The notes under the pieces were generated by a model. It was not told where the DNA came from, made no database searches, and saw only the letters and a program-made list of their open reading frames with translations. A DNA stretch of 64,000 nucleotides from the IMG/VR virus record IMGVR_UViG_3300029305_002833, one strand, 5' to 3'. Of the stretch, positions 40,320 to 50,669 are shown one piece after another. The position numbers and the translations under genes are program-made. Each line of letters begins with the position of its first letter. The stretch's first letter is position 1. The stretch is from an uncultured virus (IMG/VR IMGVR_UViG_3300029305_002833) (lineage: Duplodnaviria; Heunggongvirae; Uroviricota; Caudoviricetes).

Positions 40320-40661
40320 ATGAATGAGGCGATGGGAACGGTGGTGGGGGAGCTGATTCAGATGAACGCGAAGATGGTGGTGGCCGGGGATGCGAAGACA
40401 TGCATGGTGATCGGGCTGCTTGGCTGCGTGACGTTTGTGCTGTGGACCATATGGGCAGCCAGGAAAAAGCGAAAGATATTGGCGATTGTGTTCGTGGTGC
40501 TGGCGCTTGCGGAGGTTGCGCTGTTCGCCCACGGTGTGACGACGCCCAGGGAGAAGATCATTCACGCCTGCGTGAACGGGCCGATCAGCCTGGAGACGGT
40601 GAGCGCGGTGTACGACATCGTGAAAATCGACGGGAAGGAACTTGTTTTGAGGGAGCGGTAA
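40320..40661 (+). CDS. Membrane protein
   Basis: Two TM helices. Confidence 0.55.
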   Translation: MNEAMGTVVGELIQMNAKMVVAGDAKTCMVIGLLGCVTFVLWTIWAARKKRKILAIVFVVLALAEVALFAHGVTTPREKIIHACVNGPISLETVSAVYDIVKIDGKELVLRER

Positions 40662-40713
40662 TGGTCAGTGTCGGTAGAACCGTCCCCATGACAATGCAAA
40701 AAGGAGGAAGAAA

Positions 40714-40953
40714 ATGGGTAACAGCGTGGCGCATCCTGACCACTATCAGATGGGCGGGATTGAGGTGATCGACGCCATCGAGGCGTGGGGCTTCGGCGAG
40801 GGGTTCAATAAGGGCAACGCCATCAAGTACATCGCAAGGGCGGGGCGCAAGGACCCGCTGAAGGAAGTGGAGGACTTGAAGAAGGCGCGACAGTACATAG
40901 ACTTTGAGATCGCGCGACTTGAAGGGCAGGGGGATGGGAATGACGCTGAATGA
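40714..40953 (+). CDS. DUF3310-family protein
   Basis: V.HP.HY...IEVID, GNAIKY..RAG.K and EDLKKA. Confidence 0.85.
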   Translation: MGNSVAHPDHYQMGGIEVIDAIEAWGFGEGFNKGNAIKYIARAGRKDPLKEVEDLKKARQYIDFEIARLEGQGDGNDAE

Positions 40954-41266
40954 GTATCAGGAGTTGGCACAGCGGACGAGCAATCGGGCACTGGATATCA
41001 AAGGGCATTTACTCAATGGTGTGTTGGGGCTGGCCGGGGAGGCCGGGGAGTGCGCGGATCTGGTAAAGAAATGTTATTTCCAAGATGCAAGGCCGATTGA
41101 TGATGCCTTGACCGACGAGTTGGGGGACGTGCTGTGGTATGTGGCCGAGACGGCGGCAGCACGTGGCGTGACGCTGGAGGAAGTGGCCCGGCACAACGTG
41201 GAGAAGCTGCGCCGGCGGTATCCGGAGGGCTTCGATGCGGAGAAGTCGCTGCATCGGGAGGAATAG
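40940..41266 (+). CDS. MazG-like nucleotide pyrophosphohydrolase
   Basis: GLAGEAGE, ELGDVLWY and N.EKL..RYP.GF. Confidence 0.9.
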   Translation: MTLNEYQELAQRTSNRALDIKGHLLNGVLGLAGEAGECADLVKKCYFQDARPIDDALTDELGDVLWYVAETAAARGVTLEEVARHNVEKLRRRYPEGFDAEKSLHREE

Positions 41267-41267
41267 C

Positions 41268-41489
41268 ATGGGCATGACGCAGACGGACCGGGTGCTGCGG
41301 CACCTTCAGGATTACGGGAGCATCACGCCCCATGAGGCGCTGGCCGAATATGGCATCATGCGGCTGGGGGCGCGGATTTGGGATTTGAAGAAGCAGGGGC
41401 ATGTGATCTCCACCGAGCGGGAGACGGGGGTCAACCGGTACGGGGAGAGGACGGCGTATGCGAGGTATAGGATGGTGAAGAGAGCATGA
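41268..41489 (+). CDS. Winged-HTH protein
   Basis: GSIT..EA..YGI.RL.ARI.DL. Confidence 0.75.
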   Translation: MGMTQTDRVLRHLQDYGSITPHEALAEYGIMRLGARIWDLKKQGHVISTERETGVNRYGERTAYARYRMVKRA

Positions 41490-41734
41490 GAGTGGTGGAC
41501 CTTGACGGGGAGATGTTCGTGCCGGTGGTGGACGAGACCCACGGCGGGGCGGTGGTTGAGATGAAGATGACCGTGGGGGAGTTCTTTGAGAAGTGCTGCG
41601 CGGGGTTTGCGCCGGAGGTAGTGGAGGCGATTCCGGTGGAGTGGATTCGCAAGCATGAGAAGGAGCCGATTTTGCAGCAGGGGATAGCCGGGATGATGTA
41701 TTTGTGGCGGAGAGAACAGGAGGGGAGACGGGCA

Positions 41735-42000
41735 TGAAGCGCATAGCAATCACCGCCATGTTGCTGGCCGTGCTGGCGCTGGCAGGGTGCAGCACGATGG
41801 GGAAGGTCGATTCGCAGAAGATTGCGGAGGCGGAGATCGACAATCAGATGTTTATGGTTGTCAGCGAAGAATCGAGTGGGCGGGTATTGGTGGATAAATC
41901 AACCGGCGTGATGTACTGGGTATCAGACAATTCATATAACCGTGGGAACCTGACCCTGCTGGTCAACCCTGACGGAACGCCGAGGATATGGGAGGGATAG
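41735..42000 (+). CDS. Lipoprotein (DUF6440-like)
   Basis: Lipobox LAGC; VD..TGVMY..LT.L.N.DG.P. Confidence 0.65.
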
Positions 42001-42004
42001 AGGC

Positions 42005-42652
42005 ATGAAAACCTATGAGAAGATCGAGACCATCTATGCGCGGGACATCGAGGGCACGAAGAAGCTGATCGAGGGGCAGTTTCGCAGCGAGACGGTTGAA
42101 TACCTGAAGGATTGCCCGTGGGAGTGGACCGAGAAGGTGGACGGGACCAACATCCGGGTGTACTGGGACGGGCATAGCGTGACCTTCGGCGGACGGACCG
42201 AGCGGGCGCAGATTCCCGCGCCGCTGGTGAATCGGCTGAATGCGCTGTTTGGCGGCGAAGAGAACGCCCAGATGTTCGAGCAGACCTTTGGGGACAAAGA
42301 GGTGATTCTATTCGGCGAAGGGTACGGCGCGAAGATTCAGAATGGCGGGGCCTACATCCCGGACGGGGTGGACTTCATACTGTTCGACGTCTGCATCGGC
42401 GACAACTACCAGGCCCGGGAATGGGTGGAGCAGACGGCCAGAACCTTCGGCGTGAAGGCGGTGCCCGTCGTGGGGCGCGGGACACTTGCGGAGGCTGTGG
42501 AATATGTGAAGGGCCATCCGAAGAGCACGATGGGCACCTGCGAGATGGAGGGCATTGTGTGCAGGCCCGCGGTGGAACTGCGGGACCGGCGCGGCGAGCG
42601 GGTGATCGTGAAGATCAAGTGGCAGGATTTCAGGCATTTGGTGGAGGGATGA
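42005..42652 (+). CDS. ATP-dependent RNA-ligase-family nucleotidyltransferase
   Basis: Motif I EKVDGTN, then FGE, FDV, EGIV and KIK. Confidence 0.8.
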   Translation: MKTYEKIETIYARDIEGTKKLIEGQFRSETVEYLKDCPWEWTEKVDGTNIRVYWDGHSVTFGGRTERAQIPAPLVNRLNALFGGEENAQMFEQTFGDKEVILFGEGYGAKIQNGGAYIPDGVDFILFDVCIGDNYQAREWVEQTARTFGVKAVPVVGRGTLAEAVEYVKGHPKSTMGTCEMEGIVCRPAVELRDRRGERVIVKIKWQDFRHLVEG

Positions 42653-42656
42653 GGGG

Positions 42657-43349
42657 ATGAAGCCGATTTACGAACCGAGAGGTGCGGCGAAAGAGTACGG
42701 GGATCTGGCGCTGAACATCTACACGGGGTGTCCGCACCGGTGCTTTTACTGCTTCGCGCCGTGCGTGCTGCGGCGGGACCGGGAGAAATTTCACAGCGAT
42801 GTGAGGCCACGAGAGAACATCGAGGATGAGACGTGCAGGCAGTTGGAGCGGGAAGGGATTACCGGGAAGCTGATCCATCTGTGCTTCACCTGCGACCCCT
42901 ATCCAACGGGGTACGACACCACGTCGACCAGGGAGATCATCAAGCTGCTGAAGGCGTATGGGAACCATGTGCAGATATTGACCAAGGGGACCGGGAGCCG
43001 GGACTTTGATCTGCTGGACGGCGGGGACTGGTATGGCGTGACACTGGACGGGCAGATCGAGCATCCGGGGGTCGGGACGCACCATCGGTTTATTGACCTT
43101 ATGCACGCGCATGACAGGGGCATCAGGACGTGGGTGTCCTTTGAGCCGGTGGTCGATGCCGAGAGCGTGCTGAGGGATATAAAGAGCGTGGCGCAGATCG
43201 GTGTGGACAAGGTGAAGATCGGGAAGCTGAACTATCACCCGTCGAGCATCAACTGGAAGCAGTTCGGACATGAGGCGGAGGCGCTTTGCCGGCGGTTGGG
43301 ACTGGATTACACCATCAAGGACAGCCTGCGGGCGGAAATGGAGAAGTGA
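42657..43349 (+). CDS. Radical SAM protein
   Basis: CPHRCFYC, DPY, LTK and SFEP. Confidence 0.85.
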   Translation: MKPIYEPRGAAKEYGDLALNIYTGCPHRCFYCFAPCVLRRDREKFHSDVRPRENIEDETCRQLEREGITGKLIHLCFTCDPYPTGYDTTSTREIIKLLKAYGNHVQILTKGTGSRDFDLLDGGDWYGVTLDGQIEHPGVGTHHRFIDLMHAHDRGIRTWVSFEPVVDAESVLRDIKSVAQIGVDKVKIGKLNYHPSSINWKQFGHEAEALCRRLGLDYTIKDSLRAEMEK

Positions 43350-43350
43350 G

Positions 43351-43941
43351 ATGGCGGAGAAACCGATTCTGTTCAATACCGCGATGGTGCGGGCAATCCT
43401 GGATGGGCGAAAGAGGCATACGCGGCGGATCATCAAGGGGCTTCCGCTCTATGAGCCTTATTTTGAAGAGGACGAAGGTCGAGGCTTTTTGATGGACAGC
43501 GAGGACGGCCAGTTTTACGCGCTGGAGAATTTCAGCAAGATTCATCCGGGGGATGTGCTTTGGGTGCGGGAGACGTGGCAACGCTTATCCGACTTTGGGG
43601 AATATCGCTATGAGTACAGAGCCGATTATGAGGATGATGATCCCTTGCGATTGGATGGGATGTATATTACATGGCGTCCATCCATCCACATGCCGCGCGA
43701 GGCGGCGCGGATTTTCCTGAAGGTGAAGGATGTGCGGGCCGAGCGGTTGCAGGATATGACGCCGGAGGATTGCGCGAACGACGGCGGGTTTGATCCGGAG
43801 GCTGTCAGGGTTGTTGGTATAGCGCCATTGTTCGGAACGCTGTGGGACAGCACCTTGAGGAAGGACGTTCTGGCGAAGTATGGCTGGGCGGCCAACCCAT
43901 GGGTCTGGGTGATCGAGTTCGAGAGGTGTGAGAAGCCATGA
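43351..43941 (+). CDS. ASCH/PUA-like phage protein
   Basis: MVRAILDGRK..TRR, LWVRETW, WRPSIHMPR and NPWVWVIEF. Confidence 0.8.
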   Translation: MAEKPILFNTAMVRAILDGRKRHTRRIIKGLPLYEPYFEEDEGRGFLMDSEDGQFYALENFSKIHPGDVLWVRETWQRLSDFGEYRYEYRADYEDDDPLRLDGMYITWRPSIHMPREAARIFLKVKDVRAERLQDMTPEDCANDGGFDPEAVRVVGIAPLFGTLWDSTLRKDVLAKYGWAANPWVWVIEFERCEKP

Positions 43942-44502
43942 TCGCCGTGAAGGGCATAAAAATGCCGCAGAAGTGCGAAGTATGCCGGTTCAACCTGGGC
44001 GGCTATTGCGTGGCGACCGAGGGAGAACGCCTGGTCAAATATATGCAGAGGCGGCAATCCTGGTGCCCGCTGAAGAAGGTGGAGACTGTGATGGGCGAGC
44101 GGGTCGTGGACGATACCATGCTGGCCCGCATGCCGAAGGAGATGATCGAGCAGCGAGTGAACCAGGATTTGAAGAGGCTTCTGGTCAAGGCGCTTGACGA
44201 TCTGCCAGGGGCGGTCGTGACGATGCGCAAGGAAGATGATGGTATGGGGATGCGCATTCGGGCGATTGCAAGGGTGGTGATCGAGGATGACCTGTAAGTG
44301 GCTGTCGGATGATTTAAGTGAGGTTTGCGTGAACGGGGAGTGCCCAGCGTGTGCGGACTTCTGCCCGTGTGTGCGGTATCCGGAGATATGCAGGTGGGCG
44401 GAGGATGCGGGGCAGAGGCGCGAGGCGGAAGGTGAGGGGAGGACCTCATCCGTCACGGCTTCGCCGTGCCACCTTCCCCATCGGGGGAAGGCTTCTGGGG
44501 AC

Positions 44503-44845
44503 GATGATGGCGGTGGATAGGCGGCATGAGTTGCAGGTGTCGAAGCATGGAGCGAAGCGGGCGCGGCAGCGGGTGGGGCTGCCGAAGCGGGCCGTGGAGC
44601 GGAACGCTCAGAGGGCGCTTACGGAGGGCATCGGATATCGGGAGGCCTCCGGGGCGCTGAGGCGGTACATCAGTTGGCTATATGAACTGTATGACGGCAA
44701 CGGGAACAATATTCGCATTTTCGGCGATAAGGTGTGGGTTTTTCACGACGGGATTTTGATTACGGTGCTGAATGTGCCGTCGGAACATCGGAAGGCGGCG
44801 AAGTTTCAGCAGGAGAAGCGGAGGACAACATGCAGGAGCAAATGA
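44503..44845 (+). CDS. Small basic protein; paralog of 17879-18226
   Basis: VSKHG..RA.QR.G..A..A...G...G.LR.Y...LITV. Confidence 0.55.
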
Positions 44846-46032
44846 TGATTGGGGCGGATGGCCGCGTTGAGGCTTGCATACGGCAGAAGCGGCGGCAATC
44901 GAACGAATATCACAGCCGGGTGTATACGGACCGGCCGCCCTACGCGGACTATGACGCGCCGCACAAGTTCATGGCGATACAGTCCATTGTCGCCAAGCGG
45001 CTGGTGGAGCATCCCCACGCGATATGCAGCTATTCCGGGGGCTCTGACAGCGACATCATGATCGACGTGGTGGAGCGGGCGCGGGCGCTGTTCGACTTGC
45101 CGCCGGTCAAGTACGTGTTCTTCAACACGGGCTTGGAGATGAAGGCCACGAATGACCATGTGAGGGCGACGGCGGAGAAATACGGCGTGGAGATCGAGGA
45201 GATCAGGCCGAAGGTGAACATCGTGCTGGCGACGCGGCGGTATGGCATTCCGTTTGTGAGCAAGATCATGTCCAGCGGGCTGGAGGAGTGGCAGCGGAAG
45301 GGCGTGCCGTTGAGCATCGCGGATGAGTACGCCGAGGCCGAAGATAAAGCGGTGAAGCGGGCGGAGCTGCGTCAGCGTTATCCGAAGTGCGAGAGCCTTA
45401 TCAACTTCCTGTGCTGCTGCAACCGGGATGGGGAGCCGAGGCCGAACATCCAACTGGTCATCAACAGTTCAAAGTATATGCTGGATTTCCTGAAGGAGAA
45501 CCCGCCGGCGTTCAAGATCAGCGCCAGGTGCTGCGACTACTGCAAGAAGCAGATCGCCCACAAGGTCCAGAAGGACTATGAGATGATCATCACCGGCGAG
45601 CGCCGGGACGAGGGCGGGATGCGCTCGGTGCCGCGACAGGGCGAGGCGAACAGCGCCATGTGTTTCGGTGAGACCGGGGACGGCCAGTGGCGGCTGAGGC
45701 CGCTGTACTACGTCAGCGACAAGGACAAGGCGTGGTACAAGGAATACTACGGGATTCGGTATTCGGACGCCTATGAGGTGTACGGGCTGACGCGGACGGG
45801 CTGCTGTGGGTGCCCGATCAGTTACAAGGCGGTGGACGATCTGGAGCTGATACAGCCCTATGAGCCGAACGTGGTGAAGGCGGCGTGGCACATCTTCGGG
45901 GACAGCTACCGGTTCCGGCAGCGGTACAACGCCTACAAGGCGGAAAGGATGGCCAAAAAATACGCGGGGGGGGGTATACCTGGTCAGCTTAATATACTGG
46001 ATTTCTGCAATGAGTGCGAAACGGAGGAATGA
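44830..46032 (+). CDS. PAPS-reductase-family (PP-loop) protein
   Basis: SYSGGSDS, NTGLE, CC..CKK, GERRDE and RTGC.GCP. Confidence 0.85.
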   Translation: MQEQMMIGADGRVEACIRQKRRQSNEYHSRVYTDRPPYADYDAPHKFMAIQSIVAKRLVEHPHAICSYSGGSDSDIMIDVVERARALFDLPPVKYVFFNTGLEMKATNDHVRATAEKYGVEIEEIRPKVNIVLATRRYGIPFVSKIMSSGLEEWQRKGVPLSIADEYAEAEDKAVKRAELRQRYPKCESLINFLCCCNRDGEPRPNIQLVINSSKYMLDFLKENPPAFKISARCCDYCKKQIAHKVQKDYEMIITGERRDEGGMRSVPRQGEANSAMCFGETGDGQWRLRPLYYVSDKDKAWYKEYYGIRYSDAYEVYGLTRTGCCGCPISYKAVDDLELIQPYEPNVVKAAWHIFGDSYRFRQRYNAYKAERMAKKYAGGGIPGQLNILDFCNECETEE

Positions 46033-46787
46033 GCATGGATGACCGGATGATCGTGGTGTACGCGGCGAGCAGGAACCTCTATCCTGTATTGCCGATGGCT
46101 TACATGAGCCTGCTGAAGCACAACCCGGAGGCGGCGGTGGTTTGTTTGATCGAGGACGACGAACTGCCCTATGAGGTGCCAGGGAATGTGGGGACGGTGA
46201 ACGTATCGGGGCAGGAGTGGTTCGGGGAGGATTGCCCGAATATCAAGACCAATTTCACGTATTTGAGCCTGTTGCGGGTGTGCTATACGAAGCTGTTTCC
46301 GGGATATGACCGGGTGCTCCAGCTGGACGTCGATACCATTGTGAATGACAGTCTGATGCCGATTTGGAAGATCGACATGGGCGGGAAGTATTTCGCGGCG
46401 GTGCCGGAGCATTTGAGCAAATGGAAGCCGTATGGGAAGGATTACAGGAACGTGGGCGTCTGCGTGTTCAATCTCAAACAGATGCGAGAGGATGGGGTGG
46501 ACGATGAACTGATCCACTTCCTGAATACCAACAAGGTGCCCTACATTGACCAGGACGCGCTGAACTGGCTGAACGCTAAGAAGGGCGGCGACAAGGCGCT
46601 GGCGCTGGGAGTGCGGTACAACGAGTGTTTTGTGACGGGAGAGACATTACGCCCAGCTGTGGTTCACGCAGCCGGGACCCGCAACTGGTTTGTAAACCTT
46701 GACGAGCAATATCGCGGAAGTTACTGGAAGCCGTATGAGAAGTATTGCCAGGTTGAAGCCTGCCGTGCTGCCGGGATTCATTGCTGA
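46029..46787 (+). CDS. Glycosyltransferase family 8-like protein
   Basis: LDVD, N.GV..FNL, DQDALN and H.AG motifs. Confidence 0.8.
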   Translation: MSMDDRMIVVYAASRNLYPVLPMAYMSLLKHNPEAAVVCLIEDDELPYEVPGNVGTVNVSGQEWFGEDCPNIKTNFTYLSLLRVCYTKLFPGYDRVLQLDVDTIVNDSLMPIWKIDMGGKYFAAVPEHLSKWKPYGKDYRNVGVCVFNLKQMREDGVDDELIHFLNTNKVPYIDQDALNWLNAKKGGDKALALGVRYNECFVTGETLRPAVVHAAGTRNWFVNLDEQYRGSYWKPYEKYCQVEACRAAGIHC

Positions 46788-46789
46788 TA

Positions 46790-47100
46790 GAAAAAGCCGG
46801 TAGTTTATCGGCTACCGGCCTTCTTTGCATCGACGTGATCTTGCAAAACCTTGATGATGTAGTTGTTGAAACTGCGGCCATCTGCCTTTGCGAGTTCTTC
46901 CAGTTCCGCTTTCAGCGTTTTCAGAATCACCAGGTTTGCCCGTACCTTGTCCGGTGAAATGCTCATGGTATCGCCCCCTTCGGGCAGATGATAGCACAGA
47001 TTCAAAGTGTTGTCAAGTTACGTAACTTTTAACATATGGATAATTACAGAAAGTGCGTAATAGTGATATAATTATTACGTAAGAAAAAGGGGGCGAGGAT
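46790..47100. repeat. Copy 1 of a ~310-bp duplicated cassette (copy 2 at about 53716-54027)
   Basis: Near-identical terminator, RHH gene and promoter region. Confidence 0.92.
46805..46966 (-). CDS. Arc/ribbon-helix-helix regulator, copy 1
   Basis: LKAELEELAKADGRSFNNYI; GAAGGGGG RBS. Confidence 0.8.
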   Translation of the reverse strand: MSISPDKVRANLVILKTLKAELEELAKADGRSFNNYIIKVLQDHVDAKKAGSR

Positions 47101-47781
47101 ATGGAACGGTTCAAGGATATTAGTGGACAGCAGTACGGGAAACTGACTGTTATTGAGTATTCAGGGAACAATTCACAGGGAACAGCATTATGGAGATGCA
47201 GATGTACATGCGGCAATGAACGGATAGCGGTTGGAAGCATGTTGAGAAATGGAACTGTGACAATGTGCGTGGCGTGTTCACGACGTGAAGCAGCCCGCAA
47301 AAACGCAGAGAAGCCGACCACGATCCGCAACAAGAGATTGCACAGCATATTTGCTGGCATGAAGAACCGTTGCAACAATCCTAACCAGATCAATTACAAG
47401 GATTACGGCGCACGAGGCATTGACATTTGTGATGAATGGAGCGACAGGAAAGAAGGGTATCGAAGATTCGAAAAATGGGCACTTGCGAATGGCTACAAAG
47501 ACGGTTTGACCATTGACAGAATCGACAATTCAAAAGGATATAGCCCGGAAAATTGTAGATGGGTAAGCAGAAGTGTACAAGCAATAAACAGGCGCAAATG
47601 GTACAACAAAACAGGCGAACGCGGAGTATACACCAGACAATATAAAAACGGAATTACATATGAAGTCTGTGTTTTTGTAAATAAGAAAAGGATATATGTT
47701 GGATACTACCATACGATTGAAGAAGCGGCGGCAGCGCGGAAGGCCGCAGAGTTGAAGTATTACGGAAAGGTGCTGGATTAG
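47101..47781 (+). CDS. HNH endonuclease with AP2-like C-terminus
   Basis: YGARGI.IC.EW, IDRIDN..GY.PENCRW and EAA.ARK.AE.KY. Confidence 0.85.
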   Translation: MERFKDISGQQYGKLTVIEYSGNNSQGTALWRCRCTCGNERIAVGSMLRNGTVTMCVACSRREAARKNAEKPTTIRNKRLHSIFAGMKNRCNNPNQINYKDYGARGIDICDEWSDRKEGYRRFEKWALANGYKDGLTIDRIDNSKGYSPENCRWVSRSVQAINRRKWYNKTGERGVYTRQYKNGITYEVCVFVNKKRIYVGYYHTIEEAAAARKAAELKYYGKVLD

Positions 47782-47789
47782 AGGCGCGA

Positions 47790-48671
47790 ATGAAGATCGG
47801 ACTACATGACAGCGACAGGACTGGGTTTCCGAACTTGGCGCTGATGAAACTGTCCGCGTGGCACAAGGCGCGGGGCGATGAGGTTTCGTGGTGGGTGCCG
47901 ATGCTGGAATATGACCGGGTGTATTCGTCCAAGGTGTTCACGTTCACGCCGGAGAATCCGTACCTTCCTGAAAATACCGTGAGGGGGGGTACGGGGTACG
48001 GCATATTGGACGAGCTGCCGTCGGAGATCGACGCCATGTTCCCGGATTACAGCATCTATCCGAAGTGCAGACACGCCATCGGGTTTCTGACGCGGGGGTG
48101 CATACGGCGGTGTCCGTGGTGCATCGTGCCGAAGAAGGAGGGGATGATCCGGCCCAACCGGACATGGCGGGAAGTCAAGCGGCCTGACAGCCGGGACATC
48201 GTGTTCATGGACAACAATGTGCTGGCGTCGTCGCACGGCGTCGCCCAGATGGTGGACATGATCGGGAAGGATGTGCGGGTGGACTTCAACCAAGGGCTGG
48301 ACGCGCGGCTGATTGATGATGATGTGGCGGAAATCCTGTCGAGGCTGAAATGGATAAGGTTCATTCGCATGAGCGCGGACACGGACGCGATGCTGGACGT
48401 GGTGCTTGGGGCCATCGACAGGCTGGGGAAGGTCGGCGTGAAGCCCTACCGGGTGTTCGTGTACGTGTTGGCACAGGACGTGGATAGCGCCGAGCGGCGG
48501 TGTATCGCGCTGCGGGAGGCAGGGGCGGAGCCGTTCTGCCAGCCCTACAGGGACTTCACGACGAACGCGGAGCCGCCGGTGGAGTTGAGGCAACTGGCGC
48601 GGTGGGTGAACGACAAGGCGATATTCAAGACGGTGAGGACGTTTGGAGAGTACAGGGCGAGGAAGGGATAA
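47790..48671 (+). CDS. Radical SAM protein
   Basis: PNLALMK, TRGCIRRCPWC, DNN and DFNQGLD. Confidence 0.85.
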   Translation: MKIGLHDSDRTGFPNLALMKLSAWHKARGDEVSWWVPMLEYDRVYSSKVFTFTPENPYLPENTVRGGTGYGILDELPSEIDAMFPDYSIYPKCRHAIGFLTRGCIRRCPWCIVPKKEGMIRPNRTWREVKRPDSRDIVFMDNNVLASSHGVAQMVDMIGKDVRVDFNQGLDARLIDDDVAEILSRLKWIRFIRMSADTDAMLDVVLGAIDRLGKVGVKPYRVFVYVLAQDVDSAERRCIALREAGAEPFCQPYRDFTTNAEPPVELRQLARWVNDKAIFKTVRTFGEYRARKG

Positions 48672-48674
48672 CGG

Positions 48675-49274
48675 ATGAATATTGAGAAGTTCAATTTCCC
48701 GGTCCTGCGGTTTGTGGAGCTTGCGGAAAAGACCGAGGATGAACTGCGGCGATTCATAATTGACAACGATGCAAGCAGCTTTCTGGTATGCCTGCGGGCA
48801 AAATATTCCCGGGATAAGGAATGGGAATATATGATCGAGTTTTGCCGGCAATACGAGTACGACGGGATCATGTGGGAGATGGACTGGTTCGAGGGCCAGC
48901 AGCTGGTGGAATACCTGGGGATTTGCCCGGTGCCGGGTTGGTATGGCGGGAAGGTGGAGAAGTTTGCTGAGATTATTGAAAAGGCGGAGAAGGTAAAGAC
49001 GACACTTTTGAACCGGGAGCTGTGCCCTTATTGCCACAGCGCCTATCAATACCATCCCGAAGGGTCGATTCACGGCAAGCTGGTGGCGTTCAAGCCCACG
49101 GCGAGCCCGACGGATTTCAAGGACTGGGAGATTTGGCTGCACGAAGGGGAGACGCCATGCATGATGTGCTTTGACCGGTTCGGCAGCGGGGCGTATATCG
49201 ACATCAACTATTGCCCGATGTGCGGGAGGGATTTGAGGGGTGAAGGCGATGGAGCGAATGACATGCCGGGATGA
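48675..49274 (+). CDS. Hypothetical protein with zinc ribbons
   Basis: CPYC and YCPMCGR. Confidence 0.55.
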   Translation: MNIEKFNFPVLRFVELAEKTEDELRRFIIDNDASSFLVCLRAKYSRDKEWEYMIEFCRQYEYDGIMWEMDWFEGQQLVEYLGICPVPGWYGGKVEKFAEIIEKAEKVKTTLLNRELCPYCHSAYQYHPEGSIHGKLVAFKPTASPTDFKDWEIWLHEGETPCMMCFDRFGSGAYIDINYCPMCGRDLRGEGDGANDMPG

Positions 49275-49803
49275 AACCGGGCGGGCGCGGATGACGCTGT
49301 ACGGCAAGCGGATGTATGGTTCGACGCAGGCCACGGCGGATTGCGTTTGCAAGCTGGAAGAGGCGCTGGAAAGGCTGGCGGTTCCGCGGGTGATGCCGCT
49401 GGAAGAAGTGGCGGCGTTGCCGAATGGCAGCGTCGTGTGGCTGGAGGATTGCGATAAGCCGGATGTGATCGCGGGAATAGTGATGGATGAACTGATTACC
49501 ACACGCGAATTGGGCTCTGTTGTTGTGCTGATCTATTTCGTGGTTGTGCGCGGCAGTGGGCTCATCGACCGGGTGACCGCGAGCGCCGAGGATTACAAGA
49601 TACGCTGGCGGTGCTGGACAGGGGAGCCGAGCAAGGAACATAGGGAGGCGGAAAAGTGGAACTGAGGCTTGAACCTGTGATTGAGGGACATCCCTACCCG
49701 AAACTGTACGGCGGCTATCGCTGCCGTGTGAATGGCGAATGGTACGACTGCGATCGGTACGGCAACATTACCGACAGGCGATACAAGGGGCGGTGAAAAG
49801 GGA

Positions 49804-50460
49804 ATGAGCAATATCATGATCTGCGTGCCGACGCTGGACAGGGTGGATGCCAGCTTCTTTGCGAGCGTGCTGGGGCTGCGGTACGATGGGGCGCACAGGT
49901 ACGCTTGGAACGTGAAAAGCAATTCTATGGTGTACGATGCACGCAACGCGTTCGCGTTGGAGGCCATCAACGGGAAGTATGACTATTTGGTGTTCCTGGA
50001 TTCGGACATTGTGATGGAGCCGGACACGGTGATCCGGCTGGTGGAGGACATCGAGCAGAGCGGCGCGGACCTGGTGACGGGGATTTATTTCAAGCGGCGG
50101 CTGCCGACGTCGCCGGTGATTTACAGGCATATCGACTGGTATGAGGACGAGGTGCTGGGGGCGCAGGAATCGGCGGAGGTCTATGAGGACTGGCCGGAGA
50201 ACGGGGGGCTGTTTGAGATCGAGGGCTGCGGTATGGGGTGCTGCGTGATACGGGTCGGGATGCTGCCGGAGGTGGTGGCGGCGTTCAGGATTTCGCCATT
50301 TACGCCGTTGCCGCGGCTTTCAGAGGATTTGAGCTTCTGCTGGCGGCTGAAGAAGCTACGGAAGCGGATGGTGTGCGATCCTGGGATATTGCCTGGCCAT
50401 GCTGGGTTGATGGTTTACAGGAAGCAGGATTGGGACAGGCAGAGGGAGGCGGAAGGATGA
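49804..50460 (+). CDS. GT-A-fold glycosyltransferase-like protein
   Basis: ARN, FLDSD, G.GC and SED..FC motifs. Confidence 0.8.
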   Translation: MSNIMICVPTLDRVDASFFASVLGLRYDGAHRYAWNVKSNSMVYDARNAFALEAINGKYDYLVFLDSDIVMEPDTVIRLVEDIEQSGADLVTGIYFKRRLPTSPVIYRHIDWYEDEVLGAQESAEVYEDWPENGGLFEIEGCGMGCCVIRVGMLPEVVAAFRISPFTPLPRLSEDLSFCWRLKKLRKRMVCDPGILPGHAGLMVYRKQDWDRQREAEG

Positions 50461-50669
50461 TAATGCTTGACGTTCGGGATTATTGCCATGATTGCCAGAT
50501 GTTTAAGGCAGATGTGGATAAGATGCCGGCGCGTACAAATTCGGGAAGGATTTTTGATACGGTGATACGCTGCAAGAGAGCGGTTGCCTGTCGGGAGATT
50601 CACAAGATGTTTGAGAGGCAGAACGACAAATGCCAGGGGTTTATGGGACCGACGTTTTGAGGCGAGAAG

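Larger units (their letters stand above)
18183..44494 (+). repeat. Dispersed REP-like family A, 10 copies (span shown)
   Basis: GGACCTCATCCG-[variable hairpin]-CCACCTTCCCC-loop-GGGGAAGGCTT at about 18183, 19558, 19897, 23833, 28050, 29661, 31477, 35440, 39700 and 44441. Confidence 0.9.

Noticed and set aside
2450..49502. Long minus-strand ORFs (e.g. 2450-4444, 16341-18224, 29744-31033, 32036-34456, 47802-49502)
   Set aside because: They are antisense shadows of GC-rich genes with no recognisable motifs.
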